Shown: piece after piece, positions 26,718-32,000 of the stretch | How the letters are laid out: every line of letters begins with the position of its first letter | Position numbering within the stretch: the stretch's first letter is position 1 | Assembly (NCBI GenBank): GCA_041659405.1 | Contig: JBAZYK010000005.1 | Span: 61,796-93,795, forward strand | Direction: 5' to 3' | DNA from: Candidatus Altimarinota bacterium | Lineage (GTDB): Bacteria > Patescibacteriota > Gracilibacteria > UBA1369 | DNA length: 32,000 bases | Made by a program: the position numbers and the translations under genes | The notes under the pieces: generated by a model | What the model was told of the DNA's origin: nothing | The model's database searches: none | Seen by the model: only the letters and a program-made list of their open reading frames with translations

Positions 26718-27398
26718 TTGTTTATGACAAAAACACCCACACCAAGAAAAACAAGAGATGAATGGCTCAACTTCTGTCAAAGCTATCTATCATTGGCATT
26801 ACTTGCCTGCGATGAAATGCTTGCGAAAAAGTATACAGTTAAATTGATGGATGTGGACATTCCAGCATACAGTGTTCCTTCTTTGTTTTTACCAACTATA
26901 TATAACATCAAACATGGGCTGGAGGTCTTTCTTAAGACATTAAGAATTATCCTTAACGCCCAGTCTAACCCTAAAGAAGGCAAACATAGTAATCTGGAAA
27001 TTTTTACATTATTAAAAAAAGAAATTGATTCTAAACAAATTCAAAGAGTTATTGAATCAGAATGTAAAAAGAAACCGGATGATACAAATCTTAAACTCTT
27101 ACTGAAAGATCTCGCAAATCTAAGCACTTATGTTGATAAAATAGAAAGCTTAGTCATCAAATATGAACACTGTGAAATAATTAAAAACAAAATCCAGACC
27201 GATTTTACGATTATTGATGAGGACAACACAGCTTTTCGCTATCCACAAAATAGCCTTCAAATAAAATTAGACTATCATAAAATTTTAACAAAAATAACTC
27301 CTGAAGATATCCAGGAAATACGGACCGATGCCGAAGCACTTGTAATCAATCTTAACAGTTTAGGGTTCATATTGGATGTTTATAGTCAGTATAAATAA
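26718..27398 (+). CDS. Hypothetical alpha-helical protein, possibly HEPN-like
   Basis: YNIKHGLEVFLKTLRIIL...KHSNLEIFTLLKKEI resembles the 'h.hE..LKa.l....H.l..L' pattern seen in HEPN-fold proteins. No clear Rx4-6H motif. Confidence 0.55.
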   Translation: MFMTKTPTPRKTRDEWLNFCQSYLSLALLACDEMLAKKYTVKLMDVDIPAYSVPSLFLPTIYNIKHGLEVFLKTLRIILNAQSNPKEGKHSNLEIFTLLKKEIDSKQIQRVIESECKKKPDDTNLKLLLKDLANLSTYVDKIESLVIKYEHCEIIKNKIQTDFTIIDEDNTAFRYPQNSLQIKLDYHKILTKITPEDIQEIRTDAEALVINLNSLGFILDVYSQYK

Positions 27399-27411
27399 TA
27401 TCTTAAAAATC

Positions 27412-27822
27412 ATGCTTACACCGTTAAAAATCACACGAGATAAAGGCGTTGATCTGAAAAGGTTAAATAAGCTTAGAAGGCAAGGCTTAATTAAAATTTA
27501 TGATGTAAAAATTGAAAATGAAACATCTAAGGTACCTGATAAGATCTTGCCTGTCGGAGTTTGGGGACATACAAAATGGGACGAGTGTATATGGGGGGAT
27601 GAGAAGGATAATACCTTTGATAAGACTCTTGAAATTATTGGAAAAGAAAACATCAAGGATGCTATACATTTAGAAGCACATATCCGTAATAAATTTGACT
27701 ATTTTGTTACGAATAATCCAAACGATTTTATTAAAAATGGAAAAAGAGAAAAACTAGAGTTGGAATTTCCTATTTTAAAGATTTTAACAATAGAGGAATT
27801 GGAAAAAATATGTCAGAAATAA
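27412..27822 (+). CDS. Hypothetical protein with PIN-like C-terminal segment
   Basis: KDAIHLEAHIRNKFDYFVTNNPNDFIKNGKREKLELEFPILKILTIEEL matches the late Asp region of PIN-like nucleases (DAIHlA...dyFvTnD.dF). Confidence 0.55.
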   Translation: MLTPLKITRDKGVDLKRLNKLRRQGLIKIYDVKIENETSKVPDKILPVGVWGHTKWDECIWGDEKDNTFDKTLEIIGKENIKDAIHLEAHIRNKFDYFVTNNPNDFIKNGKREKLELEFPILKILTIEELEKICQK

Positions 27823-27835
27823 TTTTAAGAAACTT

Positions 27836-28987
27836 ATGAATACTTTGATTCAAAATAAAGATATGCAAAAAACTGTTAAATTTGATCAGCATATAGTTTT
27901 AAACTACGGCTCACCTTTGCCAGCAACAGATAGACTTAAAGGTAATTTCCCTGTTTATGGTTCAAATGGCGTTGTCGGTCATCATGATCAATTTTTAATT
28001 CAAGGACCAGGGATTATTGTTGGGAGAAAGGGAACTATTGGCGCCGTTGTTTGGTCTGAGTCTAGCTTTTGGCCAATTGATACGACTTATTATATTACTG
28101 CTGATGAATCTGTTGATTTACGATGGCTTTATTACAAGTTACAAACTTTAGGATTACAAAAAATGAATATGGCTGGTGGAGTGCCTGGTTTAAATAGAAA
28201 TGAAGTTTATAATTTGAAAATTTCTATTCCTTCAAGACAAGTTCAGCAGAAAATTGCAGAAATTTTGTCAAAAGTTGATGAAGAGATCGAAAAGGTCGAT
28301 CATGCCATAGAAAAAACGGAACAGCTCAAAAATGGCCTGATGCAGGATTTGCTGACGAAAGGCATAGGACACAGCAAATTCAAGAAAACTGAGCTGGGGG
28401 AGATCCCGGAGGAATGGAAAGTTGTAAAATTAAGAGAAAAAACCGTAGGCATTCAATATGGCTTTACTGAGAGCTCTTCAAATCAAAATATTGGACCAAA
28501 GTTTTTACGCATTACAGACATTGTTGATGGAAACGTTAATTGGGATTCGGTGCCTTATTGTGAGTGCCCAGAAGAACAAATTAATAAATATTTATTAAAA
28601 AATGAAGATATTGTATTTGCAAGAACAGGCGCGACTACAGGCAAAAGTTTTTACGTCCAAAATCCACTATTTGCAGTTTTTGCGTCTTATCTTATTAGGG
28701 TTATCTTAGACCAAAAGACAGGTTTTGTTTCAAAATTTGTATATTATTTTTTCCAAAGCGACAAATATTGGAAACAAATTAAATCATCCATATCTGGAAG
28801 CGCACAAGGAGGGTTTAATGCTTCAAAATTGGGTGATTTAAAACTGCCCTTTCCTCCACTTTCTGAACAGTTACAAATATCATCTATTTTATCTTCTATC
28901 GATGATAGAATGGCTATAAGCAAAAAAGTTAAATCAAAACTTGGACAGCTTAAGGAAGGGTTAATGCAAAATCTTTTTAATAACTAA
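27836..28987 (+). CDS. hsdS: Type I restriction specificity subunit (HsdS)
   Basis: Two target-recognition-domain halves, each ending in a conserved helix region (IPSRQVQQKIAEILSKVDEEIEKVDHAIEKTEQLKNGLMQDLLTKGI; PPLSEQLQISSILSSIDDRMAISKKVKSKLGQLKEGLMQNLF). Confidence 0.95.
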   Translation: MNTLIQNKDMQKTVKFDQHIVLNYGSPLPATDRLKGNFPVYGSNGVVGHHDQFLIQGPGIIVGRKGTIGAVVWSESSFWPIDTTYYITADESVDLRWLYYKLQTLGLQKMNMAGGVPGLNRNEVYNLKISIPSRQVQQKIAEILSKVDEEIEKVDHAIEKTEQLKNGLMQDLLTKGIGHSKFKKTELGEIPEEWKVVKLREKTVGIQYGFTESSSNQNIGPKFLRITDIVDGNVNWDSVPYCECPEEQINKYLLKNEDIVFARTGATTGKSFYVQNPLFAVFASYLIRVILDQKTGFVSKFVYYFFQSDKYWKQIKSSISGSAQGGFNASKLGDLKLPFPPLSEQLQISSILSSIDDRMAISKKVKSKLGQLKEGLMQNLFNN

Positions 28988-28993
28988 TGTTAA

Positions 28994-29698
28994 ATGAATT
29001 TGATGACTAAAATTAAATTGCCTTATATAGCTGCCCTTTTCGCATTAATAAGCTTTTTATTTGCTTTGGGTATTTCATATAATAATATTTTTCAAAATTC
29101 CAGTTGGTTTAACACACTCATAAATCCAATTTCTGCAGGAGATAAAAGCTCTATTACTCAAACCTCTTGGACTATTGCGGGATTTTTCCTTGCGGCTTTT
29201 GGATTAAGTGAATTGATAGAAAAGTTAAATCGAAAAATCGCTCCAGGATTCCTGATGGATAGATCTGAGAAAATACTTATAACGTTAAAATTGCCACCTG
29301 CCGTTTTTGATATCAGTTTTAGTGTTGTTAACCGGGGAAATAAATCGTTAAAGCCTGAGGATCATGTCTATTTCCAGTTGTTGATTCCTTCTGAAATATT
29401 TAAGGAGGTACTTTATATTAAATACAATGGTGAAGGTAATTTAATTGGACCACTAAAGAGAGAAAATTCCGTAAAAAATGGATATGTGACTATTGGTGGC
29501 ATCATCAATGATGCCATTCACCCTAAAAGATGTATTGAGCAATTTAAGATTAAAATGTCTTTTTCTAAAATCGGGAAATATAAAATATTATATTTTTTTA
29601 ATACAGAGAATGGTTTTTATCCCAAAAAGTATAATGAAATAAATTTAACAGGTTTAGAGGAATTAGAAATAGATGTTGAAAATCAACTTACTGATTAA
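28994..29698 (+). CDS. Hypothetical two-TM protein with C-terminal beta-rich domain
   Basis: Hydrophobic segments IKLPYIAALFALISFLFALGISY and WTIAGFFLAAFGLSELI, then a soluble domain. Confidence 0.65.
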   Translation: MNLMTKIKLPYIAALFALISFLFALGISYNNIFQNSSWFNTLINPISAGDKSSITQTSWTIAGFFLAAFGLSELIEKLNRKIAPGFLMDRSEKILITLKLPPAVFDISFSVVNRGNKSLKPEDHVYFQLLIPSEIFKEVLYIKYNGEGNLIGPLKRENSVKNGYVTIGGIINDAIHPKRCIEQFKIKMSFSKIGKYKILYFFNTENGFYPKKYNEINLTGLEELEIDVENQLTD

Positions 29699-29706
29699 AT
29701 CTCCTT

Positions 29707-32000
29707 ATGCGCTTCAACGAACAATACACTGTCGAAAATTTTATTCTGGATTTCTTTCAGAAGCCTTTGGGTTATGAATATATTCCGCCGCAGAAGTTTG
29801 CCGCTTTTAGGCAGTTTGAAAATGAGTATGTTATTACTCCCCTTTTGCTTGATGCTGTTAAGAAAATCAATAAAATACATGATGATACTGAAGCGCAAAA
29901 TGTTGTCCGTGAGATTAAAAAGATTGATACAAATGAAGGTTTTTTGAATTTGATGCGGAATGGAATTAACCTGAAAGATCCCGCGCAGGCAGGTCGCATG
30001 CGCGATTATTTTGTGGTCGATTTTGAGAATCTAAAAAATAATCATTTTGTGGTTACAAATCAGTTTTATTTTGAGGGAAATGCGGAAAATATTCGTCCGG
30101 ATATTTTGGTGTTTTTGAATGGCTTGCCGATTGCCGATATAGAGGCTAAAAGCCCTACTGCTGCCAATAATGTTAATTATGAAAAGGCCATTGATCAGCT
30201 GAAACGTTACGAGAAAAATGCCTGGAAACTTTTTTTGCCGAACTGTTTTAATGTTGCTACAGATGGCCTTAAAACTGTTTATGGTGCTACATATAGCCCT
30301 AAACAGCACTTTTTACAGTGGCGCGATGATGTATTAGCTCAGTTTTTTGGTGGTGAATTGGAAATGACTTTGGGGGCTCTATTCCATAAAGAAAAACTGC
30401 TGGATATAATCAAGAATTTTATTCTGTTTGAAAAGGAAAAAGAGCGAACCACCAAAAAGATCTGTCGTTATCAACAATATCGGGCAACCAACCTGATTGT
30501 GGATCGCGTAAAAGGCGCCGAAAAGAAGCGTGGGCTTATTTGGCACACCCAGGGCAGCGGCAAGAGCATTACGATGTTTTATACAGCCTGGAAGCTGCGT
30601 TTTGATCAACAACTAAAGAATCCAAAGATTTTTGTTTTGGTGGATCGCATTGATCTTGATGATCAGATTTATCAAACATTTACAAACTGTGGAGGGGAAA
30701 ACGTGGTGCGGGTGACTTCACGCAAGGATTTGGAAAGCAAAATTCGCTCACCGGAACGTGGTATTTTCATTTCAACAATTCAAAAATTCAGCGAGCTTGA
30801 AGACGAAATTAAAAGTCTGGACCACAATACAATTGTCCTTTGCGATGAAGCCCATCGTGATAATGAAGGCGTTGCCGCAATTAACCTGCGTTCGGCGCTA
30901 CAGAATGCTTTCTTTTTTGGGTTTACCGGAACTCCAATTGACAAAAAAACTCTCAATACTCATCGCAATTTTGGTGAAGAGGGCGAGCGTTATTTGGACT
31001 ATTATTCCATTCAGCAAGCGATTGAAGATGGCACAACCCTGCCGGTAACTTTTGAAGCCCGTCTTTCCAAGTTTTTTATTGATGAAGAAAAAATTGATCA
31101 GCAGTTTGAAGAATTTGCCGCTGATTTAAGCGAAGAGCAAAAAACAAAACTTATTCAAAAATATGGCAAAAAAGCTTCATTGGTAAAGCTGGATAAGCGC
31201 ATGGAAGCCATTGCGCAGGACATTGTTGAGCATTATAAGCTTTATGTGGAGCCAAATGGCTTTAAAGCGCAAATTGTTTGCGCAGACCGTGAAGCCTGTG
31301 TGAAATATAAAAAACTTTTGGACAATTTGATTCCCGCAGATTGGTCGGCCATTATTTACTCTGCAGGCGATCCAAACAGTAGCAATGAAAGCGAAGAGGA
31401 GACAAAAAAATACAATACAACCAAGCCGGAAAGAGAAAGAATGATTGAAAATTTTAAAGATCGTGAAAATCCGTTACGATTTTTAATTGTCTGCGACATG
31501 CTTTTGACTGGTTTTGATGCGCCAAATGAACAGGTAATGTATTTGGATAAGCCTTTGCGTGACCATAATTTGCTGCAGGCTATTGCGCGCACAAATCGGG
31601 TTTATCCTAATAAGGGTTGTGGGAAAATTATTGATTATTACGGAATCACCCGTAATTTGTATGCTGCGCTGGATTTTGATGAAAGCATTGTCAGTTCAGC
31701 AATGTTGAATATTGATGAGTTTAAAAAGCGATTTACGGCTGTTTTAGACGAAGTTATGAAGCTATTTAATGGTTTCAACATTGAAGATCCTTCTTTGGGG
31801 AATTTGCGCAGATGTTTGAAGGTTTTTGTTGATAATGCTGAACAGCAAAACTATTTCCGGACGTTATATACAGAATTAAAACAACTTTTTGAAATTTTAT
31901 CTCCTGATCCTTTTTTGAAGGAGCATTTGCGTAAATTTGAATGGTTGACGAGTTTGTTTTTGGCTTTTACTAAAGAATTTGGAGAACAAAATGGTGGCCA
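29707..32000 (+). CDS. hsdR: Type I restriction endonuclease subunit (HsdR), 3' truncated by the window
   Basis: Manual translation from ATG 29707 is open through key regions to the window end. PD-(D/E)xK-like RPDILVFLNGLPIADIEAKSP, Walker A GLIWHTQGSGKSITMFY, DEAH-box LCDEAHRDNEG, FFGFTGTPIDK, QAIARTNRVYPNKG. Absent from the track, probably because there is no in-window stop. Confidence 0.96.
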   Translation, partial: MRFNEQYTVENFILDFFQKPLGYEYIPPQKFAAFRQFENEYVITPLLLDAVKKINKIHDDTEAQNVVREIKKIDTNEGFLNLMRNGINLKDPAQAGRMRDYFVVDFENLKNNHFVVTNQFYFEGNAENIRPDILVFLNGLPIADIEAKSPTAANNVNYEKAIDQLKRYEKNAWKLFLPNCFNVATDGLKTVYGATYSPKQHFLQWRDDVLAQFFGGELEMTLGALFHKEKLLDIIKNFILFEKEKERTTKKICRYQQYRATNLIVDRVKGAEKKRGLIWHTQGSGKSITMFYTAWKLRFDQQLKNPKIFVLVDRIDLDDQIYQTFTNCGGENVVRVTSRKDLESKIRSPERGIFISTIQKFSELEDEIKSLDHNTIVLCDEAHRDNEGVAAINLRSALQNAFFFGFTGTPIDKKTLNTHRNFGEEGERYLDYYSIQQAIEDGTTLPVTFEARLSKFFIDEEKIDQQFEEFAADLSEEQKTKLIQKYGKKASLVKLDKRMEAIAQDIVEHYKLYVEPNGFKAQIVCADREACVKYKKLLDNLIPADWSAIIYSAGDPNSSNESEEETKKYNTTKPERERMIENFKDRENPLRFLIVCDMLLTGFDAPNEQVMYLDKPLRDHNLLQAIARTNRVYPNKGCGKIIDYYGITRNLYAALDFDESIVSSAMLNIDEFKKRFTAVLDEVMKLFNGFNIEDPSLGNLRRCLKVFVDNAEQQNYFRTLYTELKQLFEILSPDPFLKEHLRKFEWLTSLFLAFTKEFGEQNGG

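Noticed and set aside
30031-31592. Minus/plus ORFs 30031..30309, 30379..30612, 30758..31048 and 31356..31592
   Set aside because: They are inside the manually translated hsdR frame, which is supported by Walker A, DEAH and nuclease motifs.
1-32000. CRISPR array or retron
   Set aside because: No regularly spaced direct repeats, no Cas-like or reverse-transcriptase motifs seen in the supplied ORFs.

Overview
32 kb window of compact, low-to-moderate GC bacterial DNA. It looks like a Candidate Phyla Radiation or Peregrinibacteria-type genome, but that is inferred from gene style only. Left and middle (about 0.2-23.5 kb): housekeeping and envelope genes. These are glycerate 2-kinase, a D-2-hydroxyacid dehydrogenase, a class I aminotransferase, a YceD/rpmF/nusB/rnc cluster, a Bax-inhibitor-1 protein, an FtsA-like ATPase, a large anchored protein, PKD and other secreted proteins, tRNA-Val(GAC), a ComF-like protein, a glycosyltransferase and PolX. 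Right (23.6-32 kb): an expanded Type I restriction-modification locus, ordered MerR-HTH/HsdM fusion, DUF3800-like protein, short-ORF gap, Zn-ribbon-like protein, helical ORF, PIN-like ORF, HsdS, two-TM protein, HsdR (runs off the window and is missing from the ORF track). The strongest undescribed-looking signal is a family of three long perfect or near-perfect palindromes at 3126-3203, 12862-12945 and 14858-14937. All three share an identical 18-nt loop, CAGGGCCCCTACCCCGGA, but have largely different 30-33 bp stems. All lie at the 3' end of a gene and point the same way relative to transcription.
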